Assembly (NCBI GenBank): GCA_038200895.1
Contig: JBBRRG010000001.1
Span: 1-38,785 of the forward strand
DNA: 38,785 bases
Reading direction: 5' to 3'
Origin: Candidatus Nitrosocosmicus sp.
GTDB lineage: Archaea; Thermoproteota; Nitrososphaeria; Nitrososphaerales; Nitrososphaeraceae
In this document: one piece after another, positions 9,389 to 18,563 of the stretch
Layout of the letters: every line of letters starts with the position of its first letter
How positions within the stretch are numbered: the first letter of the stretch is position 1
The notes under the pieces: generated by a model
What the model was told of the DNA's origin: nothing
Seen by the model: only the letters and a program-made list of their open reading frames with translations
Databases searched by the model: none
Position numbers and translations under genes: made by a program

Positions 9389-10577
9389 TTTTCATATTAT
9401 TATTTGAAATTACTTTATTGGCTGTAATAGATTGCAACCCCCATAATTCCACAAATCCTTTTGCCATAGTCTGATCAAAAGTTGAATTTGAAAAATATGT
9501 TGCAAAATTATTATTGTATAATGAAAACTTTGAATCTCTCCCTATTACCCTATAATATCCATTGTTCATTTTAATCTTTATTTTTCCAGATACCCGTTCT
9601 TGAGTTTTGTCTATAAATTGATTTAAATCTACAAGCAAAGGATCTAACCATAAACCAGAGTATGCTAGCCAAGACCACTGTTCTTCTACAATTGCTTTAA
9701 AGCGAAGCTCATGATTTGTTAATGTTAGTTTTTCAAGATCTTTATGAGCAGCTATAAGAATTAGAGCTGCTGGGGCTTCGTATAATTCCCTAGATTTTAT
9801 TCCTACAACTCTATCTTCAATATGATCAATAACACCTATCCCAAACGAGCCTGCTAGCTTATTTAATTCATTTATTAAAGTTGACAATTTTTTAACCTTA
9901 CCGTTTATTGATATGGGAACACCATTTTCAAAACCCAATTCGATAGTGCCTACACAATTGTTATTGAATTTAACATATTCAAAAGCGTCCTCTAATGGTT
10001 CACTTTCAAGATCTTCGAGAATACCACCCTCAATTGATCTACCCCACAGGTTCTTATCAATACTATATTTCTTAGATATTTCGCTTATCTTAATACCATT
10101 TTCTTTAGCAAAATCTATTTCTTTATCTCTTGAAAGATTTAGATCACGAATGGGAGCAATGATATTTAAATTAGGATTCAATGATTTGATGGTAATATCA
10201 AACCGGATTTGATCGTTACCCTTTCCTGTACAGCCATGAGCAATTGATGAGGCATCATATTTTTTAGCTATTTCCACAGACTTCTTTGCTATCAATGGAC
10301 GAGCAATAGCAGTAGCAAGTGGATAATTTTGTTGATAAAGAGCATTTGATTTTATTGCAGGAGTAATATACTCATTGACAAATTCTTCTTTAGCATCCAT
10401 ATATACATGTTCTATAGCCCCCAAATTCAATGAAATTTTTTCAATTGAATCAAAATCATCATCCTGTCCTATATCTACAGTTAATGTAATTACATCCAAA
10501 TTATGAAGCTTTTGTAGATATTTTACACAAACAGAAGTGTCTAGTCCTCCTGAAAACGCAAGAATAGCTTTATTCAT
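9381..10577 (-). CDS. argG: Argininosuccinate synthase
   Basis: AFSGGLDTS, HGCTGKGNDQIRF, SIDKNLWGRSIEGG, GIKSRELYE. Confidence 0.97.
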   Translation of the reverse strand: MNKAILAFSGGLDTSVCVKYLQKLHNLDVITLTVDIGQDDDFDSIEKISLNLGAIEHVYMDAKEEFVNEYITPAIKSNALYQQNYPLATAIARPLIAKKSVEIAKKYDASSIAHGCTGKGNDQIRFDITIKSLNPNLNIIAPIRDLNLSRDKEIDFAKENGIKISEISKKYSIDKNLWGRSIEGGILEDLESEPLEDAFEYVKFNNNCVGTIELGFENGVPISINGKVKKLSTLINELNKLAGSFGIGVIDHIEDRVVGIKSRELYEAPAALILIAAHKDLEKLTLTNHELRFKAIVEEQWSWLAYSGLWLDPLLVDLNQFIDKTQERVSGKIKIKMNNGYYRVIGRDSKFSLYNNNFATYFSNSTFDQTMAKGFVELWGLQSITANKVISNNNMKNG

Positions 10578-10663
10578 AGCATGGAGCGTGACATTACAAA
10601 TAATTTAATTCTTTGGTTAAAATAGAAAGAAAAAATTAAATATGAAACAAATTAAAGCGAATT

Positions 10664-10921
10664 TTAAACACCAATTTCTTTAGCTAATCTTATTATTTTC
10701 TTACCTTCTTTTGTCAATTTATTGAACGTTTTATTTTTAACATTGCTTCGTTCTACTAATCCTCTTTCCTCGGCTTTGATTAATAGCTTGTGTCCATATC
10801 CGTAAGCACCAAGTTTTTTTAATAGGTCTCTAGTGGAGTATTCTTTCTCTCCTATGGTTTTGATTAATTTAACTAATGCTCGTTCTTCAATCATTATTTT
10901 GATTAAATTTGCGTCACGCAT
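10664..10921 (-). CDS. Small basic winged-helix protein
   Basis: 85 aa, Lys/Arg-rich, wHTH-type ending GLVER...NKLTKEGKK. Confidence 0.7.
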   Translation of the reverse strand: MRDANLIKIMIEERALVKLIKTIGEKEYSTRDLLKKLGAYGYGHKLLIKAEERGLVERSNVKNKTFNKLTKEGKKIIRLAKEIGV

Positions 10922-11166
10922 AATAGTAAAGGAAAATAAAGGTTATTTATTAGTTACTTTTATTGGCAACAAGAACTACAAAATGACAACAAAAAACTTA
11001 AAATTTTTCTAAAATTTATGGTAACAACAATATTTCTCCAAAACATTATGGATATAAAAAAAGACAAAGTTGTTGATATTTATGATGTGAATAATATGAT
11101 TTAAAATGATATTAGACGATATTAACTTTCACAAAATTTTTAACTAACATAAAAGGCAATTTGTTT

Positions 11167-12249
11167 ATGAAAATTACTGTTTCAGCAATAAAAGCAGATA
11201 TAGGAGGAATAGGAGGACATACTAAACCCAGCGACGAACTAGTTCAAACGGTAAAAGAATATGTATTAAAAAATGGAAAAGGATTTCTTATTGATAAATA
11301 CATAGGATATACAGGTGATGACATCCATATTATAATGAGTCACACATTAGGTGTAGATAATAAAGAGATCCATAAACTTGCGTGGGATGCATTTACCGAA
11401 GGAACCAAAATTGCAAAAGAACAAGGGCTTTATGGAGCAGGTCAAGATTTATTAAAGGATTCATTTTCCGGAAACGTAAAAGGTATGGGACCAGGAATTG
11501 CGGAAATAGAAATGGAAGAACGACCAAGCGAGGTCTTTTGTATATTTGCAGCAGATAAAACTGAACCAGGAGCATATAATTTTCCTTTCTGGAGAATGTT
11601 TGTAGATTCAGGAAGTAATACAGGATTAATAATTAATGAAGAATTAGCAAAGGGCGCAATATTTAGAATAATGGATGTAATGACTGGAAAAATTGCTGAT
11701 TTAAAATTATGGAACGATAAACCCGAACTTGAAGCAGCTTTGATGTATCCTGGAAAATATGTGGTACATTCGATTTTATCACATAATAGGGAACATATAG
11801 TATCTTCTTCGACAGATAGATTACACAACATTGCTGGAACATACGTTGGAAAAGATGATCCAATCACGATTGTGAGAACCCAAAAAAACTTTCCTGCCAC
11901 AGAAGAGGCAGGATCTGCTTTTAATGATCCTCACATTGTAGCAGGCAATACAAGAGGGAGTCATCATATGCCTTTAATGCCAGTAAAACTAAATTCTGCA
12001 GCAAGTCTAAATTATTCTATTCCAATTGTATCCTGCCTATTATTTAGTATGCATAACGGTAAATTTACCGGACCTCATGATGGATTTGGTACCACTGATT
12101 GGGACTACCAAAGAAGATTAGCAGTGGAAAGAGCAGTAATGATACGAGTCCAAGGATTTATACATCCTGCCACACTAGTTCCCGAAGAACTTGAATATAA
12201 TAAAGGATACGAAGCAAGAATTTCAAAATTAACTGAAAAATTTAAATAA
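11167..12249 (+). CDS. fbp: Bifunctional fructose-1,6-bisphosphate aldolase/phosphatase (class V)
   Basis: SAIKADIG, GDDIH, GLYGAGQDLL, DKTEPGAYN, catalytic YVGKDDP, ELEY; start taken at ATG 11167. Confidence 0.96.
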   Translation: MKITVSAIKADIGGIGGHTKPSDELVQTVKEYVLKNGKGFLIDKYIGYTGDDIHIIMSHTLGVDNKEIHKLAWDAFTEGTKIAKEQGLYGAGQDLLKDSFSGNVKGMGPGIAEIEMEERPSEVFCIFAADKTEPGAYNFPFWRMFVDSGSNTGLIINEELAKGAIFRIMDVMTGKIADLKLWNDKPELEAALMYPGKYVVHSILSHNREHIVSSSTDRLHNIAGTYVGKDDPITIVRTQKNFPATEEAGSAFNDPHIVAGNTRGSHHMPLMPVKLNSAASLNYSIPIVSCLLFSMHNGKFTGPHDGFGTTDWDYQRRLAVERAVMIRVQGFIHPATLVPEELEYNKGYEARISKLTEKFK

Positions 12250-12263
12250 TAAGACTGTTCCTT

Positions 12264-12950
12264 ATGAGATCTTCAAAAAAGAGTGGTCCATTTGTTATTA
12301 ACCTAAAAAACTATTTAGAAACAGCTGGAGACAATACAATAAAAATTGTAAAGGATGCAGAGAAAGTTAGTGAAAAAGTAGATGTAGAAATAATAATATC
12401 ACCACCACAACCTTCTTTAGCATTAATAACTAAACAAACTAATCTAAAAATTATATCACAACATGTTGATTTAAAAAAACCAGGATCGACAACCGGATTT
12501 TATATACCCGAAATAATAGAAAAAATAGGAGCAAATGGTTCATTAATTAATCATAGTGAACATGAAATAAAAATAGACGAAACAAAACTATTAATAGAAA
12601 AACTAAAAGAATTAAAACTAATATCTATTGTATGTGTAAAAACGATTGAAGAATTAATCGAAATTTTAGAGTTTGCACCAGATTATATTGCAATTGAACC
12701 TCCCGAATTAATTGGGACTCAAAAATCAATTTCGTCCGAGAAGCCATATTTGATTCGAAAATGCAGTGAAATTTTAAAAAATGATAATCAAAAGTCAAAG
12801 TTAATTTGTGGAGCAGGGATAAACAAAAAGCAAGATATAAAAATAGCTTTAGAGAATGGAGCATCAGGAATGCTTGTTTCCAGTAGCATCACCAAGGCAA
12901 ATAATTGGTATAATAAGATTTTTGAATTGGCATCAGCATTCAATCAATAA
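12264..12950 (+). CDS. tpiA: Triosephosphate isomerase, archaeal type
   Basis: INLKNY, NHSEH, IEPPELIG, CGAGI. Confidence 0.95.
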   Translation: MRSSKKSGPFVINLKNYLETAGDNTIKIVKDAEKVSEKVDVEIIISPPQPSLALITKQTNLKIISQHVDLKKPGSTTGFYIPEIIEKIGANGSLINHSEHEIKIDETKLLIEKLKELKLISIVCVKTIEELIEILEFAPDYIAIEPPELIGTQKSISSEKPYLIRKCSEILKNDNQKSKLICGAGINKKQDIKIALENGASGMLVSSSITKANNWYNKIFELASAFNQ

Positions 12951-13020
12951 AATCCAGATTATTTCATTTTTTGATTAAATCTTTTTTAATACAAGGTATT
13001 TTTTAATACATAATTACACC

Positions 13021-13920
13021 ATGTACAAAAGATATAATTTATCAGATATTCAAAATGAGGTAATAAAATTGCTAAAAGATAATAACCCTATGTCAAGCAC
13101 AGAAATTTCTAAAAAAATAGGAACTAATAGAATCACCATTTCAAAATATCTGGATATTTTATATTTTCAAAAAATTATCAGCAGAAAGAAAATAGGTTCT
13201 GTAAATTTTTGGTTTTTAGAACCAGGGATAGTAAATTTTGATTTGCGAGATGAAAATTATATTGATTTGCAGCAAAGATTACTAATGTCTTTGATTAATG
13301 GTGAAAAGGAAATATTAGAAAACACAATTTTAAGTATAATCAATAAGAAAATCAATATAAAGAAAATTATCATCGACATTTGTTATCCCGTATTAAACAC
13401 CCTTCTTGAACTTCATAATAGAGGTAAAATAGGAAAAACCGAAAAAATTCATTTGATGACAAATCTAACAGAATCCATAAATCTATTAAAAAACGGGATT
13501 GAAATCAATGAAAATAGAATGAAGAGAAACGCAATGCTTGTTATTGTATCAGGTGACGATGATTCGATACCAATATGTAATATGATAAACATCTATGCAA
13601 AAAAAATTAGAATTAATACCACTTTGATAGGAAATGTAGAAAAATATATCGATCCTTTTTTCGATATTGATTTTCAAAAATTCATTAATAAACTATTTAA
13701 TAAATATAAAGAAATAATCTTTATTTGTATTATTTCTTATAATGAAATATCAATCAAGTTTTTATATCTAACACTCAAGGATAGTAAATTTAAAGAAAAA
13801 GTCCACGTATTAATTTTTTCAAACAGTAATACAAAAGAAAAAATGGAAAAATCATTAAAGGAAAATATTATAACTGACTTTACTACATTGGTTGAAACAA
13901 TTGAAAAAGAGATTACATAA
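13021..13920 (+). CDS. wHTH regulator with putative helical-cap plus Rossmann-like sensor domains
   Basis: N-terminal MSSTEISKKIGTNRITISKYL...IGSVNFWFL; middle region IIDICYPVL..LLELHNRGKIGKTEK resembles the B12-binding cap helical bundle. Confidence 0.7.
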   Translation: MYKRYNLSDIQNEVIKLLKDNNPMSSTEISKKIGTNRITISKYLDILYFQKIISRKKIGSVNFWFLEPGIVNFDLRDENYIDLQQRLLMSLINGEKEILENTILSIINKKINIKKIIIDICYPVLNTLLELHNRGKIGKTEKIHLMTNLTESINLLKNGIEINENRMKRNAMLVIVSGDDDSIPICNMINIYAKKIRINTTLIGNVEKYIDPFFDIDFQKFINKLFNKYKEIIFICIISYNEISIKFLYLTLKDSKFKEKVHVLIFSNSNTKEKMEKSLKENIITDFTTLVETIEKEIT

Positions 13921-13934
13921 ATAGTAATGAATAA

Positions 13935-15659
13935 CTAGGCATACTGTGCCTTAATTTTCTCAATCACTCTTTCATGTTCTGGACCCTTTCGTCTTGCATA
14001 TTTCTCCATTGCATTCAAAGGGACACCACCTAATGTTTTCGCCAGAGAGGCAAAGAAGAATTTTTTGATAGGATCATTTTGTCCCACCTTGTGCATAAAT
14101 TTATGAATAGCATATTTAAAATTGTGTTGCCATGTTTTATACATAACTCCTAACTTTGCTGGATCCATAGTATTACCAATATCAAAAAATTCCGATTTTT
14201 CAAGCAACCCAATAGGAACAAAGGTTAATGGGGTAACAGTAAATTTTGAATCAGGTTGCTCTTTTTCTAATTGATGTATTAATTGGATTGTCTCCCAGCT
14301 ATCATCAGCATTTTCATCATTGTCCAATCCCATAATAAGGGTAAAAGCAGGTACCCAGTAATACTCATTTAGTGTTTTTACACCTTCTTTAACTACCCAA
14401 TGCCATTCTGATGGCTTAAAAGGTGCAAGTTTTCTGTCAGCATATTTACCAATTAATCTAATACTACCTGTTTCTAAACCGCATTGAACACCGATATGAT
14501 TATTCGGGCCAGATTTTATAATACTAGAAAGTCTAGGAATTAGCCTCTCGTCTGCTATAGCTCCTGCAAGGGTCCCATGAGTAGGATTTGTATGTTCTAC
14601 ACCGGTATCCATAATACCTTTGAAAAGTTCTTCTAGAGCGTCTCTATTAGGCTGCATATTTTTGGTGGTTCTAGGATTCAACCCATACACAAATATATCA
14701 TCACTTTGGATCCATGCATTTTTTAATCCTCCATATTTCATATTAACCTCTATTTCTTTTTGGACTTTTTCTACAGGATAATATCTCAAAGGTCTCAATG
14801 TAACATCACAAAACTTACAACCTCTACCACATCCCCTCATAACCTCAATCATTCCATGCATACTCGGATTAACAATATTTGGTATTTCATCCACGTCTGG
14901 CTCATCAGAATAATGAATAAATCGTCCATGATATTTTCGACCAAGTCTATTAAATTCTTTAACTTCGACTTTAAATTTTGATTTTTTAAACGGATTTGCT
15001 GTTTCCAAGTCATTATTGATTACAGCGTCAAAAAAGCTTCTACCAGCCCCATCAATTTCAGGACCTATTCCACCGAGATCACCCTCCATTATCGCATATA
15101 AACCATATTCTTCAATTTTTGCAGGATCATAATTATATTGCCATGTACCGGATGCTCCCACAACTACTTTGGCTTTACTTTTATTCTTTTGTTTTGCAGC
15201 ATTAATTTTATAGTGCAGATCCCTATTATAGAATTCATCATATGACATTTGTTTGCGTCCATAGGTAAATGTCATGGTGACAGGTCCCATGCCCAATGGA
15301 TCCATTTCATAAGTTCCCACAAATTCTGTTTCAGGGCCTATAAAGTTATCCACATAGTCAGGGTGAGATACTACTACATCTTCACTCGTATACCCATCCC
15401 GAAGTAAAGCAGCCTCGATCTTTCTTAACCCGTATGGAGCATAACTTGCCCTCCCATTTACCTGACCAATCGGATTACAGATAAAATCAAAGAGTATTTT
15501 AGGAGTCACCTGATTGCCTAGAATCTTATACCAAAAGGAATCATGACTACGGTTTTCATCCAGTGCAGGTGCGCAACCAAAAAAGGATGCTAGTGAGATT
15601 CCTCGATAAGGAGACATTAATGTTCTATCAGCAGTCAAAACAACTTTTGGATATTTCAT
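13935..15659 (-). CDS. Radical SAM protein, probable GDGT ring synthase (Grs)-like family
   Basis: RGCGRGCKFC (CxxxCxxC); N-terminal VVLTADRTLM, APYGLRKIEA, MDPLGMGP; GLETGS. Confidence 0.75.
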   Translation of the reverse strand: MKYPKVVLTADRTLMSPYRGISLASFFGCAPALDENRSHDSFWYKILGNQVTPKILFDFICNPIGQVNGRASYAPYGLRKIEAALLRDGYTSEDVVVSHPDYVDNFIGPETEFVGTYEMDPLGMGPVTMTFTYGRKQMSYDEFYNRDLHYKINAAKQKNKSKAKVVVGASGTWQYNYDPAKIEEYGLYAIMEGDLGGIGPEIDGAGRSFFDAVINNDLETANPFKKSKFKVEVKEFNRLGRKYHGRFIHYSDEPDVDEIPNIVNPSMHGMIEVMRGCGRGCKFCDVTLRPLRYYPVEKVQKEIEVNMKYGGLKNAWIQSDDIFVYGLNPRTTKNMQPNRDALEELFKGIMDTGVEHTNPTHGTLAGAIADERLIPRLSSIIKSGPNNHIGVQCGLETGSIRLIGKYADRKLAPFKPSEWHWVVKEGVKTLNEYYWVPAFTLIMGLDNDENADDSWETIQLIHQLEKEQPDSKFTVTPLTFVPIGLLEKSEFFDIGNTMDPAKLGVMYKTWQHNFKYAIHKFMHKVGQNDPIKKFFFASLAKTLGGVPLNAMEKYARRKGPEHERVIEKIKAQYA

Positions 15660-15769
15660 ATTAATCGTGATCTTAAATTAGAAGAGTTAAAAAAGATAAT
15701 TAAAGGTTTCTTATTTGTAATTAATTTTAAAAAAATTTTAAAAAAAATAACATAATCCAACTAAAAAAA

Positions 15770-15937
15770 TTATTTTTTTGCACCCAATGTTCTATTTTTT
15801 AATCGCATTTGATTTCCATGACACTTTCGACATCTTTCTGCTCCGATAGGATTCTTTGCACCACATTTAAAGCAAATCTTAAAGTAGAGTCGTCTTTTTT
15901 GGGCTATTTGTTTTTTTATTACATCGGTTATAGGCAT
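15770..15937 (-). CDS. rpl40e: 50S ribosomal protein L40e (not in ORF track)
   Basis: Manual translation MPITDVIKKQIAQKRRLYFKICFKCGAKNPIGAERCRKCHGNQMRLKNRTLGAKK*; KICxKCGAxN...RCRKC..MRLK pattern. Confidence 0.95.
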   Translation of the reverse strand: MPITDVIKKQIAQKRRLYFKICFKCGAKNPIGAERCRKCHGNQMRLKNRTLGAKK

Positions 15938-16032
15938 ATAACTTTTTTAAAAAAAACATAGACATTTTTATCTTTCTATTTACTCATAATACAAACACAT
16001 TCCTACGTATAGAAAATTTTTTTAAGGATTAA

Positions 16033-16359
16033 ATGATCAAATCTTTCAAGCTTATGGAAGATTTTTTTGAAATTGATAGGCTCCTAGAAGATTTAGCAAA
16101 GATCTATTCAACCCAATGTGCTGTATCATGGTTCAAGGTTAATAAAAAAGAAAATCCAACAAAGGAAGAGTTTAGATTATTAGTAACAAATTTCATGAAA
16201 GACTTTGAAAATAGTTTATTGAGATTTCCAGATTCTAATGATGGAATAATTTTTAAAAATTATTCCATAGATCAATTAGAAAAACAAATAAAATTTGTAT
16301 TAGATGGAAAAAATAAAGAAGTAGAGAAACGATATAAGTACTATGTTGAATATAATTAA
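16033..16359 (+). CDS. Hypothetical protein
   Basis: 108-aa ORF with typical composition, divergent from rpl40e; real start may be the second ATG (MEDFFE). Confidence 0.7.
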   Translation: MIKSFKLMEDFFEIDRLLEDLAKIYSTQCAVSWFKVNKKENPTKEEFRLLVTNFMKDFENSLLRFPDSNDGIIFKNYSIDQLEKQIKFVLDGKNKEVEKRYKYYVEYN

Positions 16360-16436
16360 CTACTTATTTGTTTCTTGATTCGAAAAGAAGGGAAACATTT
16401 TAAATATAATGTTTTTAATAATATTAATGAGAGACA

Positions 16437-16739
16437 GTGATAGATAATAACAAGCAATTTTTATCACAACAATTATTATGGATAGGAATTTCGTTAGGAA
16501 TAAGTTTGACAATATCCTTCTTAATACCTTTTCCATATTCATTACCAATAATTATAATTGTATTTATAATGCTAAGTTATTATATAAGAAATAGAGCTAT
16601 GAAAAAAATGGGAATGACTGGCTCTGTTTTCGGTAGCTCAGGAAGCTCTATCAGCTATTATTGTATGAGTTGTGGTACCAAACATGACCAATCATCATGT
16701 CCACGGTGTGGTTCTAAAATGAAAAGAGTAGGGTCATAA
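16437..16739 (+). CDS. Small two-TM membrane protein with C-terminal zinc ribbon
   Basis: Two hydrophobic helices, Gly/Ser linker, CMSC...CPRC. Confidence 0.75.
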   Translation: MIDNNKQFLSQQLLWIGISLGISLTISFLIPFPYSLPIIIIVFIMLSYYIRNRAMKKMGMTGSVFGSSGSSISYYCMSCGTKHDQSSCPRCGSKMKRVGS

Positions 16740-16754
16740 CCATAATATGATTTA

Positions 16755-17150
16755 ATGAATGTAGAAAATAAACATCTAATAATTAAAAACATAGATGACT
16801 TTATACTATCATTAAATGCCGAATCAAACAAAAATTCTATAGTTATTGTAGAAGGGAAAAAGGACATGGAATCTTTACACTATTTAGGATTCAAGGGAAA
16901 TATCAAAGCATATCATCATTATAGAGGTACAACTAATTTTGTAGATCAATGTGCCGTAAACTATAGGAAGCTAATATTGCTACTGGATTCAGATAAGAAA
17001 GGCAAAATTATAACTAAAAAAATATTATCACAATTAAATGGAAGAACAATAGATCTGAATTATAAAAAAAAATTACTACAGATAACCAAAGGAAGAATCA
17101 AAAAAATTGAAGAAATAAAATCATTCTATATGCATATAACAGAAAAATAA
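16755..17150 (+). CDS. Stand-alone TOPRIM-domain protein
   Basis: IVIVEGKKD and LLLDSDKKG motifs; directly upstream of dnaG. Confidence 0.85.
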   Translation: MNVENKHLIIKNIDDFILSLNAESNKNSIVIVEGKKDMESLHYLGFKGNIKAYHHYRGTTNFVDQCAVNYRKLILLLDSDKKGKIITKKILSQLNGRTIDLNYKKKLLQITKGRIKKIEEIKSFYMHITEK

Positions 17151-17198
17151 AAAGATTAATGAGGGGTAAACAATATAATAAATAATAAACATCTAAAT

Positions 17199-18563
17199 AT
17201 GATAAATAAAATTAACAACGAGGTAATAAAGATACCAAATACAGGCATTGTAAAGTATCATGTCAAGTTAAAATTTGAAGTAGATGGATTGGTTGAAAAA
17301 GCAGATATTATTGGTGCCATCTTTGGTCAAACAGAAGGCTTATTGGGGCCCGAAATGAATCTAAATGAATTACAGAAAGTATCCAAAGTCGGTAGAATTG
17401 AAGTCAATGTAGATTCAAAATCAAACTCTGCTAAAGGAGATGCATTGATCCCAATGAGTACAGATATTTCGACCGCAGCATTAATAGCTGCAGCAATTGA
17501 AAGTATTGATAAAGTCGGTCCGTTTCAAGCAAAGTTTTCCTTAATGGGTATTGATGACATACGAGCCATTAAAAAGAAAATAATAGTAGACAGAGCAAAA
17601 AAAATAGTTCAGGAATGGGCAACAAAAACTATTAGTGAGGGAGAAGAAATGTTAAAGGATGTATACGATGCAAGCAAACCTGGTAGATTGACCACTTTTG
17701 GAAAAGCTCAATTAGCATGCGGAGTTGGTGTATATGATTCTGATTGGATAATTTTGGTAGAAGGGAGGGCAGATGTAATTAATTTACTTAGAGCAGGATA
17801 CGATAATGCAATAGCAATTGAAGGAGCAAAAATAGATGAGACCATACTTAAACTTACACATGGAAAAAGAATTATAGCTTTTATAGATGGAGATAGAGCA
17901 GGCGATTTGATACTAAAAGAGTTACAAGGACTTGTAAAAATAGATAAAGTATACAGAGCACCTACAGGTAGAGAGGTTGAAGAATGTACTCCTTTAGAAA
18001 TTTCTGAAATACTAAAAGATGTTGAAGAATATATTAAAAATACGTATACTCATAAATTACATTCAGAAAATCAATTACAAACACGAAATAATTTACAACA
18101 AGCATCGAATCAAAGCCAAACAAATACAACAGATATTGATCGATCCATTCTAAACAATCAACAGGATAAAAGATCTATTGAATCTAACAATATCAATAAC
18201 TTAAATTATCCATTCTTTGATAAAAACACTTCTTCAACAAACGATGATGAAAAGAGTATTTTAACAATTAAACAAATATTTCCAGAAATAAACGAAACGC
18301 TAGAAGCTATAATTTTTGATAAATCAATGAAAACAATTATAAAAGTTCCTATTTCAGAAATCATAAAAAAAATATCTGATGCTCATGGAGGCAGATTGCT
18401 GATTTTGGATGGAATTATAACACAAAGATTAGTAGAAGCTGCAAACAAAGTAGGAATACAATATATTATCGGCCACAGAACAAGCACATTAAAAAAACCC
18501 ATTTCAAATATTCAAATACAAACTTTTTCAGATATCGGGATAATTAACAAACAAAATAAATAA
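17199..18563 (+). CDS. dnaG: Archaeal DnaG (primase-like, exosome-associated)
   Basis: DIIGAIFGQTEGLLG, GRIEV, VEGRADV, FIDGDRAG, DGIITQRL. Confidence 0.95.
   Translation: MINKINNEVIKIPNTGIVKYHVKLKFEVDGLVEKADIIGAIFGQTEGLLGPEMNLNELQKVSKVGRIEVNVDSKSNSAKGDALIPMSTDISTAALIAAAIESIDKVGPFQAKFSLMGIDDIRAIKKKIIVDRAKKIVQEWATKTISEGEEMLKDVYDASKPGRLTTFGKAQLACGVGVYDSDWIILVEGRADVINLLRAGYDNAIAIEGAKIDETILKLTHGKRIIAFIDGDRAGDLILKELQGLVKIDKVYRAPTGREVEECTPLEISEILKDVEEYIKNTYTHKLHSENQLQTRNNLQQASNQSQTNTTDIDRSILNNQQDKRSIESNNINNLNYPFFDKNTSSTNDDEKSILTIKQIFPEINETLEAIIFDKSMKTIIKVPISEIIKKISDAHGGRLLILDGIITQRLVEAANKVGIQYIIGHRTSTLKKPISNIQIQTFSDIGIINKQNK

Noticed and set aside
16360-16867. Minus-strand ORFs 16360..16548 and 16658..16867
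   Set aside because: Antisense to the better-supported membrane zinc-ribbon and TOPRIM genes
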